Source: an uncultured Clostridia bacterium (GTDB lineage: Bacteria; Bacillota; Clostridia; Christensenellales; Borkfalkiaceae). From it: DNA of 46,669 nucleotides. Under the pieces are notes generated by a model, which ran no database searches, had not been told where the DNA came from, and saw only the letters and a list, made by a program, of their open reading frames with translations. Each line of letters begins with the position of its first letter. The first letter of the stretch is position 1. Of this stretch, positions 25,745-34,289 are shown in pieces. The translations under genes were made by a program, and so were the position numbers. The DNA lies in NCBI GenBank assembly GCA_947629345.1, contig CANRDK010000001.1:1-46669 (forward strand), in the 5' to 3' direction.

Positions 25745-25773
25745 ATGATATGAGAAAGGATTTTTGAATATGA
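25745..25773 (-). promoter_or_regulatory. sigma-E-type promoter of the spoIIIA operon
   Basis: Minus strand: TCATATT, 14-nt spacer, CATATCAT, 6 nt, then ATG. Consensus from memory is ZHATAxx-14-CATACAHT. Confidence 0.45.
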
Positions 25774-25800
25774 AAAAAGACCTCCCGCAGGAGGCCTTTT
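25772..25800 (-). terminator. rho-independent terminator after the GH51 gene
   Basis: Minus strand: AGGCCTCC-TGCG-GGAGGTCT followed by T6. Confidence 0.65.
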
Positions 25801-25809
25801 CGTTTGAAT

Positions 25810-28413
25810 TTATTCGATGACGAACACGCTCACGCTGTTTTTCTTGATGAGAGCCTTAAGTTTGTTGTTCTCAATGGCAATTTCGCTCTCGGCGGGGGCA
25901 ATGTTGTCCTTTTTGCCCGCCTTCACATTGATCTCATTGATGACGGTGACGTCCTCATCCCAGAGCGTCGTGACATGCGCCTTAGTTTTCTCGCCGAAGT
26001 TCTTGAGCTCCGCGCAGAGTTCCTCGTCCTCTTCGGAGACGTTGACGACTTTGAGGTAAATTTTTCCGTCGTTCCCCACCGTCGCCGATTGGAACACGCG
26101 CTCGTTCACCTTCCAGATATTCTTGTCGAGCACTTCATGCCATTCATCATCCTTATAGATATAGGCAGTGAATCTCTTTGTTGTATAAACAAGTCTTAAG
26201 ATATTGCCCTCGGGGGAATAGCCGAGGAATTTATCCTTGCCCATCATCTCGCAGACGGTGCGCATGAAGTCCACGCGTTTATCGAAGGAGACGTCGTAGC
26301 CCTTGTGGTTCTTGCCGTATTGGCAACAGATGGAGAAGCCTGCGCTGTCCATGGTGCCGATATCTCTGACGTCGTCGAGCCCGACGCCGCCGATAAAGCT
26401 CTGCTCACCCGAAAGACGGCGGAAGGAGATATCTACTTCACAGTTGCTGAACTTTTGGGCATCGTAGTAGAAGCCGTTGAACGCCTCGCTCTCCTCGATG
26501 ATGAGCTCACCGTTTTCGATATGTCCGCCGCAGCAGTTGGGATAGACCTTCCAATCCCCCATGCCGTCCTTAAAATCGTGTTCGTAGAGCACTTTTTTCG
26601 TGGCGATATCTCTGACGAGGACCTTGGAAACTGCGCTTGCCGTGCGGTGTCCGCCGATGAGAAGACCGCCCGCATTGTCGTCATTGACAGCTGAAACGTC
26701 CGTCAGGGTGTAGTTGCCTACATTCCCCGCAAACATCTGTTGGACATAGTAGTTGGGTGTGAGCATGACGTCACGGGCGTTGAACCAGATCATGTTCGGT
26801 GTCCAGCGGTAGTGATAGGTGGAGGCAAAGAGCGGCGCATAGCAGGTCATCTTGACGACGTCGGAATTTCTCTCACATCCCGTCAAAAAGGCCGCTTCCG
26901 AGAGGGCAGATTTGAGATTGTTGTCGCCGTTGAGCCTTCCCCTGCCGTCAGACATCGTGTGCATGGCATATTCGCCCATAAAGACCTTTGCACCCTCTCT
27001 GTCGTAGCAGTCGTACCGCTTGGTATTGTCGATAAACCATTGGTAGGAATTGTAGACGTGCTCGTCTACGATCATGCCGCGGTACTTCTCGTTGATGACT
27101 TTCCATGAGTCGTTGCTGTCCTGCGGACGGATATCCACGCCCGCACTCGTCACAACGGTGATATTGAAGAGCTTTAAAAGGTCGGTGAGCCTGCCCTTGT
27201 ACATGTACTGCCTTACGCCGAGCAGACAGGAGGCAAAGTTGTCGAAGTACTCATATCCCCAATTCTCGTTGCCGATGCCGATATAGTCGAGCTCAAAGGG
27301 AGCGGGGTGCCCCATATCCGAGCGGACTTTCGCCCAATATGCCTCGTTTTTGTCGCTCGAGGAGATGTCTCCCTTGGCAAAGTAGATGAGATCTGCCACA
27401 TTGTCGATGACTTCGCTCTGGAACTGTTTCGTCCCGGGAACGATGCGCTGATAGCCTGTCTTGCGCTGTTCCCCCATGCGGATCTGGCAGAGAAGCCCGC
27501 AGTGGAGCACGGGAAGAGGCGCCATTTTGAGGTCCTCGCAGAGGCAGAAATATTCATAGAATCCGATGCCGTAGGACTGCATGTAACGCCACACGCTCGG
27601 CTTCTGGCGTCGCTGTTCGAGCGGGCCGACCGTCTCTCTCCACTTATATTGATAGTCGAACGCGACATCCCCCTCGACGACACAGCCGCCGGGGAAGCGC
27701 AAAAAGGAGGGATGACAATTCTTCATCGCCTCGACGATGCGGGGGGAAAGTTTCCCGTATTTGTACTTCTTTTGGTCCCCCCATACGCTGGCGGGCAGGA
27801 GGGAAACATAGTCGATGCCGATCTTGCCGTTGCCCTCAAGCGTGATGCAGAGCCGCCCCATCGTGTCCTTTTCGGCAACGACGGAACAGCCGACCTTGAT
27901 CCAATCTCCGTCTGTTCCCTCGGGGATCTTGATTTCGCCGACCGACGTGTGTCTGCCGTGGGCTCCCTTGATGAACACCTTGCAGGTTCCCTTGAAGCCC
28001 AGCCGCTTCACCCACATGGAGAAGTGATAGGTCTCCCCGTTCACCACGGGCATGCCGTAGATGTCGTATCCGCCGTTGGTGTAGTACCCGGGATTCTCCA
28101 AATGATAGATGCCCCCGACCTCGAGGAGCAGATAGGAGGGATTGTTCTCGTTCATGCCCCCCTTTGTTGTGATCTTTCTGGGCCCTGCGCCGTAGATATC
28201 CCAATAGAAAGCGTTCTCCTTGCGGGCCTCGACACGGGCGGTGCAGTTGTAATCGTCATATGTAAAGTACTCGTATTCAAAGGAGTTGTTGATGACCATT
28301 TCGGCATTCAGTCCCCCGTCTGCCGATTGGTTGATATCCTCGAAAAAGAGCCCATAGAGATGTTTTGATACGTCAACACCCCTCTTTTTTGCGTCGAGCG
28401 TGTAATGCAGCAT
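25810..28413 (-). CDS. alpha-L-arabinofuranosidase (GH51-like catalytic core with N- and C-terminal carbohydrate-binding/beta-sandwich extensions)
   Basis: ORF trimmed to ATG 28413 after GGAGAA. HLYGLFFEDINQSADGGLNAEMV..., FLRFPGGC and IGIGNENWG (acid/base Glu region) are typical of GH51. Confidence 0.8.
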   Translation of the reverse strand: MLHYTLDAKKRGVDVSKHLYGLFFEDINQSADGGLNAEMVINNSFEYEYFTYDDYNCTARVEARKENAFYWDIYGAGPRKITTKGGMNENNPSYLLLEVGGIYHLENPGYYTNGGYDIYGMPVVNGETYHFSMWVKRLGFKGTCKVFIKGAHGRHTSVGEIKIPEGTDGDWIKVGCSVVAEKDTMGRLCITLEGNGKIGIDYVSLLPASVWGDQKKYKYGKLSPRIVEAMKNCHPSFLRFPGGCVVEGDVAFDYQYKWRETVGPLEQRRQKPSVWRYMQSYGIGFYEYFCLCEDLKMAPLPVLHCGLLCQIRMGEQRKTGYQRIVPGTKQFQSEVIDNVADLIYFAKGDISSSDKNEAYWAKVRSDMGHPAPFELDYIGIGNENWGYEYFDNFASCLLGVRQYMYKGRLTDLLKLFNITVVTSAGVDIRPQDSNDSWKVINEKYRGMIVDEHVYNSYQWFIDNTKRYDCYDREGAKVFMGEYAMHTMSDGRGRLNGDNNLKSALSEAAFLTGCERNSDVVKMTCYAPLFASTYHYRWTPNMIWFNARDVMLTPNYYVQQMFAGNVGNYTLTDVSAVNDDNAGGLLIGGHRTASAVSKVLVRDIATKKVLYEHDFKDGMGDWKVYPNCCGGHIENGELIIEESEAFNGFYYDAQKFSNCEVDISFRRLSGEQSFIGGVGLDDVRDIGTMDSAGFSICCQYGKNHKGYDVSFDKRVDFMRTVCEMMGKDKFLGYSPEGNILRLVYTTKRFTAYIYKDDEWHEVLDKNIWKVNERVFQSATVGNDGKIYLKVVNVSEEDEELCAELKNFGEKTKAHVTTLWDEDVTVINEINVKAGKKDNIAPAESEIAIENNKLKALIKKNSVSVFVIE

Positions 28414-28468
28414 AGTTTCTCCTTCGGACAGTCCCCCCTTATTCGGACCGCCATATTTTACTATCCGT

Positions 28469-28497
28469 ATTATACCATTGAACTTGGAGTTCGTCAA
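28469..28497 (-). promoter_or_regulatory. sigma-A-type promoter of the arabinofuranosidase gene
   Basis: Minus strand: TTGACG, 17 nt, TGgTATAAT. Confidence 0.55.
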
Positions 28498-28563
28498 TAT
28501 TTTGGGCAAATATTTTATCAAAAAATAAAATATTTCATTTTTATGTGAAGAATGAAAATTGCT

Positions 28564-28587
28564 AACAAAAAAAGGGCACCGCCCTTT
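28564..28587 (-). terminator. rho-independent terminator after the Fic gene
   Basis: Minus strand: AAAGGGC-GGT-GCCCTTT followed by a T-run. Confidence 0.65.
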
Positions 28588-28605
28588 CCTTGATGAAAAC
28601 TGTTT

Positions 28606-29457
28606 TTATTCTTCCTCGTAATAATAGGAATAGTCGATGCCCTTCATGAATAATTCGCGGTCGTCGATTTGGTCGGTCAAGGCGCTTTCGATGAGATTGA
28701 AAATGTCCGACGCATCGACGGGGCTTTTTTGCATGGCGTTGAGATAGGAACGCTTGTCGATTTTGCTCCAATCGACGCACTTTTTCAAGTTTTTCTTCAA
28801 AATGAGGTCGAGCCAGATACGCGTACTGCGCCCGTTTCCCTCCATGAACGGGTGCGCGATATTCATTTCAACGTATTTTTTAACGATTTCGTCGAGTGTG
28901 TTTTCGGGCATTTTCTCAATGAGAGCGAGATTTTCTTTCAGGTACATCGAGGGCGCAAACGCAAATCCGCCTTTGGCAATATTCAAACCTCGGATCTGTC
29001 CGGCAAAATCGAACAGCCCGCCGAAAATGTAGCCGTGGATCTGCTGCAATCCTTTTACCGTGCCGACCTCGATCTCACCGATCATGCCGCTCTCGAACAG
29101 TTCATACGCTTTTTGTTTGCTCTTTTCGTCGATTGTACTGCCCATACCCGAGAGCCAGCGGACGAAACTTTCACGGTTTTTCGCGGGGATGAGCGCAACG
29201 ACCACATTGACACCGCTTGCGTCGACCATGTCGGTGAGATATGATTTTCCGTCCCGCGCCGTAAGTTTCAGTTGTTTACAAATTGTAATCAACTGCAGAT
29301 TGCGCCGCTTCATCTGCGCCCAATAAACACGCGGATTCTTGCTCTTCGTGAGCGCCTCGGCGATATCGACGGCGCAAAACCACCATTTGGGATCTTCGTC
29401 ATCCCAAACAGCTCGCACCGGTATATCTTCAAAAAATCTGATAGAAGTTTTGATCAT
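28606..29457 (-). CDS. Fic/DOC family protein with N-terminal Bro-N/RhuM-like domain
   Basis: 283 aa. Canonical Fic motif [13 protein letters not shown]-terminus [31 protein letters not shown] resembles Bro-N/RhuM DNA-binding modules. Confidence 0.85.
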   Translation of the reverse strand: MIKTSIRFFEDIPVRAVWDDEDPKWWFCAVDIAEALTKSKNPRVYWAQMKRRNLQLITICKQLKLTARDGKSYLTDMVDASGVNVVVALIPAKNRESFVRWLSGMGSTIDEKSKQKAYELFESGMIGEIEVGTVKGLQQIHGYIFGGLFDFAGQIRGLNIAKGGFAFAPSMYLKENLALIEKMPENTLDEIVKKYVEMNIAHPFMEGNGRSTRIWLDLILKKNLKKCVDWSKIDKRSYLNAMQKSPVDASDIFNLIESALTDQIDDRELFMKGIDYSYYYEEE

Positions 29458-29528
29458 TTTTGGCTCCCATTCAGATCATCAGAGGGCTCTGATCGACTCA
29501 ATAAAAACATATAATTGTTTATTCTCAA

Positions 29529-30152
29529 TTACAGACCGTCGCAGAAGTTGGTGCGTGCGCCGCGCTCCATTGAAGGACGGCCGAATTTCTCCTTCCCGAG
29601 GATGATGGATTTGACGAGGAAAGCCATATTCCGCCCCAAATTCCGCATCGTCTGGAGCCCCTCCTTGTCCTTTTCAACGTCCTCCTTGGTGTAGCCGTGG
29701 ACCTCGTTCCAATAGGTGGATGAGACGATCGGCATGCCGCAGATGGTGTAGTATTTGTTGATCTCGTCGTAGGCGGAGGTGCTTCCCGCCCTCCTTGAGG
29801 AGAGAACGCACGCGCCCACCTTCATCGTCTTGTCGAAGGAGGTGCTGTAGAACAGACGGTCGAGAAGGGCGAGCACGCTCCCGTTCGCCCCCGCATAATA
29901 GACGGGTGAACCGACGACGATCCCGTCCGCCTCCTTGAACTTTTCAGCGATCTCGTTCACAATGTCGTCAAAGACGCATTTGCCGTTCCTTTTGCAGTAG
30001 CCGCAGGAAATGCAGCCCTTGACAGCGGGATTGCCGACAAAGACGGTTTCTGTCTCGATCCCCTCTCTCTGCAAGGTCTCCTCCACTTCTCTGAGGGCCC
30101 TTGCCGTGCAGCCGTCCGCATGCGGGCTGCCGTTCAACAATAAAACTTTCAT
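29529..30152 (-). CDS. flavodoxin-like NAD(P)H-dependent FMN reductase / iron-sulfur flavoprotein family
   Basis: 207 aa. MKVLLLNGSPHADGCT..., a CISCGYCKRNGKC cluster and GSPVYYAGANG. Confidence 0.8.
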   Translation of the reverse strand: MKVLLLNGSPHADGCTARALREVEETLQREGIETETVFVGNPAVKGCISCGYCKRNGKCVFDDIVNEIAEKFKEADGIVVGSPVYYAGANGSVLALLDRLFYSTSFDKTMKVGACVLSSRRAGSTSAYDEINKYYTICGMPIVSSTYWNEVHGYTKEDVEKDKEGLQTMRNLGRNMAFLVKSIILGKEKFGRPSMERGARTNFCDGL

Positions 30153-30219
30153 ATAAGTTCTCCTTAATTCAATAAATTATGATTACCTTGAAGTGTCGAA
30201 AATAGAACAATCTCCCCTG

Positions 30220-30570
30220 TCAGAGTTGAAAGATGTCATCACCTTGGGATTTTGTTTCGTGTGCAGAGCAGAACAGACGGACCCACCACGCAACGCCGCA
30301 CACGGGCGCAAGGAGGATGGGAAGAAGATAGGTCATGAGTTGGAGGAAATACCCAAGCCAGAACGCCCGATAGAAATCCAAATGCCGATTGACCCAGAGT
30401 ACGCATTCGATATAGGAGGGAAAGATGAAAAACGTCCAGATGCACACCATCACGACGCCCCAAAGGTAGTCCCGAAACCATGACGTAAAATAACACAACA
30501 GAAACGTCACCGTCGTAAGCAAGAGAGAATTTGGCAAGACAATGAGGATCTGCTTCGTCATCTTTTTCAT
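30220..30570 (-). CDS. hypothetical small membrane protein
   Basis: 116 aa, 3-4 hydrophobic segments. The ATG lies 6 nt after a TACAAT -10 box. Confidence 0.5.
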   Translation of the reverse strand: MKKMTKQILIVLPNSLLLTTVTFLLCYFTSWFRDYLWGVVMVCIWTFFIFPSYIECVLWVNRHLDFYRAFWLGYFLQLMTYLLPILLAPVCGVAWWVRLFCSAHETKSQGDDIFQL

Positions 30571-30576
30571 GACCGT

Positions 30577-30605
30577 ATTGTATCACAGTCGCACCCCGTT
30601 GTCAA
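30577..30605 (-). promoter_or_regulatory. sigma-A-type promoter, leaderless arrangement
   Basis: Minus strand: TTGACA, 17 nt, TACAAT, 6 nt, then ATG (30570). Confidence 0.5.
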
Positions 30606-30684
30606 GTCCCAAAAACTGCAACATTCCAAAAAGCGGCACCCGATAAGGTACCGTTATGAATCTATCGCCGATTTTTGCTGAAAC

Positions 30685-32025
30685 TCACTCTGCCGACACA
30701 TAGGACAAAACAAAGGTATCTTTACTCATTCCGCAATACTTGACTTCGTCCGTTTCGGGGATATATTCAAAGATGAAAGCGGGAGAATAGATCGGAAAGG
30801 AGTAGACCTTTTCGAGCGGACGGTATACGGTCAAAAATAATCTTTCGCAGTCTACATTCCAGAGCCTCAAGGCAAATTCCCACTCTTCCTTATAATACTC
30901 CTCATAGATCTCCTTGAGATGCACAAAGGCCGAATTCTTTGCAAGCAATTCTCCGTCGATCGTCCTCTTTTCCCCTGTTGAAACTTCGGTCAAGGTCAGT
31001 GTGCATAAATTGAATTCCGGGGCGTTATATCCCGATTCCTGCTCGAGAGTTTCCTCAATCGCATACGTCTTGTTGCCTATTTTATATTCGGGTATGACGG
31101 TCGGCTCGTTTTCCTCGTTTTCCGCATTTTGAACGGCTTCATCGTAGCGTTTCTGTAAGTCCTCTTCGGGCAACTTTTCACCCGTTTTCATATCGACGGC
31201 GAAGACCACCTCCCCCACGATCCGTTCTGAATCTTTGACGAATATCGTGTCTCCATATCTTTTTGCGCTTGCTTTCTCCGTGATCGCGGGGTCGCTGAAG
31301 CTTACTTTTTCGTATTCACCGTCGCCGTAAACATAATAATCGAGGATCCCCTCGTCAATAAAGGCATAATCACGGCCGTCGAAATGAGCGTTTGCGCCAT
31401 TTTCCGTGCGGGCGTACTTTACGGGATCCGAATACACTTCCGTTGAATACACGGTCTCCCCATTTTCTGCGTCCACAAGTTCGAGCAGCCCGTTGTACGT
31501 CAATGCGATATACCGTTCGTCGATGAATCCGTGCGTCACGGGCAAATGCGCAACGTCGTAAAGGTTGAAAGGAATAATGTCTTTGATGTCCTTCAGGAGC
31601 GTCAGCGTTCCCTCGCGCGCATCGGCCTTGAAAATCCCCACGTCAACGCGGTGAGCATTTTCGACCAAACGGTCATTTTCTCTGATATCATCCCCGCGAT
31701 GTGCATACTGGTGCGAAAAAATCATACCGTCCTTTGTGTATCGGCTCCATTCATAGTAGGTATCCTGAAATTCGCCGAACTCACAGTCCACAAGCTTTTT
31801 TTCTTTTGTCTTGAAGTCGAGATATGTTCCGTCTACGGTCATGCCATCTTTTGAAACAAAGTTCACACCGTTGACCTCTATCGGCACCTTCAAGGCTTCC
31901 GACTTTGCCGTATCATACTCTGCACTTGCATAACCGCAGCCCGCAAGGCAGAGCAGAAAACAGAATACGGTCAAAACCGCCGTCACAAATTTTTTCATCA
32001 CAGACTTAATATTTACAGTACCCAT
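30685..32025 (-). CDS. hypothetical lipoprotein (446 aa)
   Basis: ORF trimmed to ATG 32025 after AAGGGAGGG. Signal peptide with lipobox LAGC. No family recognised. Confidence 0.65.
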   Translation of the reverse strand: MGTVNIKSVMKKFVTAVLTVFCFLLCLAGCGYASAEYDTAKSEALKVPIEVNGVNFVSKDGMTVDGTYLDFKTKEKKLVDCEFGEFQDTYYEWSRYTKDGMIFSHQYAHRGDDIRENDRLVENAHRVDVGIFKADAREGTLTLLKDIKDIIPFNLYDVAHLPVTHGFIDERYIALTYNGLLELVDAENGETVYSTEVYSDPVKYARTENGANAHFDGRDYAFIDEGILDYYVYGDGEYEKVSFSDPAITEKASAKRYGDTIFVKDSERIVGEVVFAVDMKTGEKLPEEDLQKRYDEAVQNAENEENEPTVIPEYKIGNKTYAIEETLEQESGYNAPEFNLCTLTLTEVSTGEKRTIDGELLAKNSAFVHLKEIYEEYYKEEWEFALRLWNVDCERLFLTVYRPLEKVYSFPIYSPAFIFEYIPETDEVKYCGMSKDTFVLSYVSAE

Positions 32026-32103
32026 AGTGTGCCCTCCCTTGGATTTTTTCAATGCAATGATACTATATCCACACAGAAAGTTGAAAAGGTATGAATCAAT
32101 TTT

Positions 32104-32131
32104 AGTATATCATACTACCCCCCCCCGTCAA
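32104..32131 (-). promoter_or_regulatory. sigma-A-type promoter whose spacer contains a G8-9 (plus-strand C9) homopolymer
   Basis: Minus strand: TTGACG (32131-32126), 16-nt spacer beginning with the G-run (C9 at 32118-32126 on plus), TATACT (32109-32104). Confidence 0.45.
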
Positions 32132-32313
32132 GTTTTCACCCCATTTTTGAACAAATTTTTTTAAAATTTTTCCACAAACATAGGAGAAATGCAAGCATGC
32201 ACATTCATAAAAAAATGAACTGCTCACCTGTTAAGGGAATTTCACAGTGTTGACGCTATAGTATAGATGACCGCCATATTCTCCTTGGGGCTTTGATATT
32301 GTCCTGTCCCCCT

Positions 32314-32706
32314 TCATGTAACTTCTTTGATTTCGATTTTCGGCGGGAATGGCGCGGCAATGTCGAGGAAATCGTTCTCTGTGATGATTGCAAAGTGCAA
32401 GTCATCAAACGCGAAGCTGCAACTTTCTTTCATAAGCCAATTCATAAAGTCCGAATCCTCTACAATATAGAGCGGATTTCCATCGAAGTCTGTCTTCCGA
32501 TAGGCTTGGATCTCGGGAATTTGGTGATAAGATTCGATCCTTCTGCCTTCATCGCAAATGCAAAGCGCCTCTACAAAGCCGAAATTGACGGTTACAATGT
32601 GCGAAAGACCTTCCAAAAGGATTTTCGTTCCGTCTGAATTTTGTAAAACTTCCGCCACCTCATAGCGATCATGCGGAATGTTTTCATCGTAGATCTTGTA
32701 TGTCAT
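32314..32706 (-). CDS. hypothetical protein (130 aa)
   Basis: Clean ORF with no recognised family. The ATG lies 6 nt after a TATAAT -10 (leaderless arrangement). Confidence 0.5.
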   Translation of the reverse strand: MTYKIYDENIPHDRYEVAEVLQNSDGTKILLEGLSHIVTVNFGFVEALCICDEGRRIESYHQIPEIQAYRKTDFDGNPLYIVEDSDFMNWLMKESCSFAFDDLHFAIITENDFLDIAAPFPPKIEIKEVT

Positions 32707-32825
32707 ATTTTCATTATACTATAAAATAACACGAAAATCAAGCGAGGCAGGTATCTCCGCAAAAGATTTCATGATAACGGACCGCCGACGGGGCACAATG
32801 CCCGGTCGGCGGTTTTTCTATGTAG
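32693..32825. repeat. intergenic terminator-plus-promoter module, copy X
   Basis: Homologous to 34167-34289 and includes the identical 25-mer ACACGAAAATCAAGCGAGGCAGGTA. Contains a GC-rich hairpin (32781-32812), -35 TTGATT and -10 TATAAT on the minus strand. Confidence 0.8.
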
Positions 32826-32827
32826 CT

Positions 32828-33727
32828 TTATTGTACCATATCTTGAACAAGGCAGTATTTCCATGTGCAAATATATCTTCTGCCGCCGAACTCCGCGTAG
32901 TCCGACATATATTGCTCGCGGCAGACCTCTTCTAATGCTCCCTCAGATAAGAGGCGATATACCGCCTCGTTGGTAATCACAAACAATCCCCTTTCACTTT
33001 TTCGTGTACGGATCAAATACTCCCGCCCGCAAAACGTTTTACGAAACTGCGAAATGATCGGCACTCCTTCGGTAATGTCCGACAATTCCAAAGTTCTCTC
33101 GTACGACGTGAGAAGCTTTTCCTTCAAAATGAGATCATCGCTCTCTTTTTCGAACCGCCCATAGCAACAATCGTAAAAAGTCGGCAAGCCGCCCTTCGAC
33201 GCGCCCCAAGCACAGCAGTTGCGGATGATATAATAGCCGTCCTTTGCGTGCCTCACGAAGCAATAGCGCGTATACGGTGCTTTATCGCTTTTCTTTTCAC
33301 GGTCGAACTTTAACTGCGGGAGAGGGATCGCGGAATATTGCAGCTTGTCGGGATAGATCTCCGCAAAACCGTATCCCACACCGCCGTCGCTCCGACCGCA
33401 GGTATAGATTCCGTAAGCGGCGTTCTCCTCTTCGCCGTAGTAGAAGTCCTCATCGGTGTTATGGCAACCTCTTATTTTCAATTTGCCGAGAAAAGAAAGA
33501 GTGTCCGCGGTGTAAAAGGCAAACCTGCCGTCGGTCGACTGAACCAAAACGAGGTTGTTCTTATGCGAAACATATACATAGGTGGGGTAACTTATATCGT
33601 TGAGCCGTGCAATTTTTTCGTTCGTCTTTAAGTCGTACACCCACACCGAGCCGCCTATGATAAAAAAGCGCGAGAAAAGTTCGTCTATCACGATTTCGTA
33701 TGCACGACCGTTTATTATATAGTTCAT
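32828..33727 (-). CDS. hypothetical protein (299 aa)
   Basis: Clean ORF, Cys/Tyr-rich, no recognised family. Confidence 0.5.
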   Translation of the reverse strand: MNYIINGRAYEIVIDELFSRFFIIGGSVWVYDLKTNEKIARLNDISYPTYVYVSHKNNLVLVQSTDGRFAFYTADTLSFLGKLKIRGCHNTDEDFYYGEEENAAYGIYTCGRSDGGVGYGFAEIYPDKLQYSAIPLPQLKFDREKKSDKAPYTRYCFVRHAKDGYYIIRNCCAWGASKGGLPTFYDCCYGRFEKESDDLILKEKLLTSYERTLELSDITEGVPIISQFRKTFCGREYLIRTRKSERGLFVITNEAVYRLLSEGALEEVCREQYMSDYAEFGGRRYICTWKYCLVQDMVQ

Positions 33728-33745
33728 ATCCGTCGACCTCTATAT

Positions 33746-34144
33746 TTAATCCATTTCTTCAACGGGACGTTGGCTCAATATAATCGTTTGACCCTCATAG
33801 TCGGATATATTATCTATTGCGATTGTTAAATACAATTTCCCGTTTTTCAGCTTGGTATCAGCTTTCCAAAGTAATTTTCCCAAATCATTTTCAAAGCTCG
33901 GGTCCTTTTCGTAAAACTCAATGTATGTAGCATTATTGGATTGCGCCGTAACAAATTCGTACTCTACCTCACCTATCATCATTCGCCCGCTTCCGCAGCC
34001 CTTATGCAATTCGACCTTGGGCATATCCGAAACCCAATAGCAATCATAATCCCAATAATAATTTTGACAGCCCGTAAGGCACACAGAACAACCGATCATA
34101 CATAACAAAATTGTTATTATATAAAAGCACCTTACTTTTTTCAT
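33746..34144 (-). CDS. hypothetical lipoprotein (132 aa)
   Basis: Signal peptide with lipobox LTGC. RBS GGGAG upstream. Confidence 0.6.
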   Translation of the reverse strand: MKKVRCFYIITILLCMIGCSVCLTGCQNYYWDYDCYWVSDMPKVELHKGCGSGRMMIGEVEYEFVTAQSNNATYIEFYEKDPSFENDLGKLLWKADTKLKNGKLYLTIAIDNISDYEGQTIILSQRPVEEMD

Positions 34145-34166
34145 GTGCTAATCTCCCTTACGAGAT

Positions 34167-34289
34167 ATCTTGTATGTCTTTTTTTATTATACCATAAACT
34201 CACACGAAAATCAAGCGAGGCAGGTAGCGCCCCAAAGATTTCATTATAAAGCCCGCCGAGGGAGAATTCCATCGGCGGGCGGTTCTATA
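34167..34289. repeat. intergenic terminator-plus-promoter module, copy Y
   Basis: Homologous to 32693-32825. Minus strand has -35 TTGATT (34214-34209), 17 nt, then TGgTATAAT (34191-34186). Confidence 0.8.

Noticed and set aside
26741-26760. A possible fourth copy of the element (GGACATAGTAGTTGG inside the GH51 gene)
   Set aside because: Only 9 contiguous nt (GACATAGTA) match. The palindrome and both flanks are missing. This is consistent with chance in a Tyr-Tyr-Val codon context.
28500-28560. AT-rich palindromic stretch AAATATTT..AAATATTT upstream of the GH51 promoter as a sugar-regulator operator
   Set aside because: The sequence is low-complexity AT-rich and I cannot match any operator consensus (AraR, LacI/CcpA cre) by eye. 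It is too weak to report.
30193-30483. Plus-strand ORF of 96 aa overlapping the small membrane protein gene
   Set aside because: The minus-strand ORF has coherent hydrophobic helices and a consensus promoter directly upstream. The plus-strand translation is charged, low-complexity and lacks expression signals.
32693-34289. Cassette-like genes with 3' hairpins as integron cassettes with attC sites
   Set aside because: No intI integrase is present and the hairpin ends do not match the R''/R' core sites (RYYYAAC / GTTRRRY). Each unit carries its own promoter, unlike promoterless integron cassettes.
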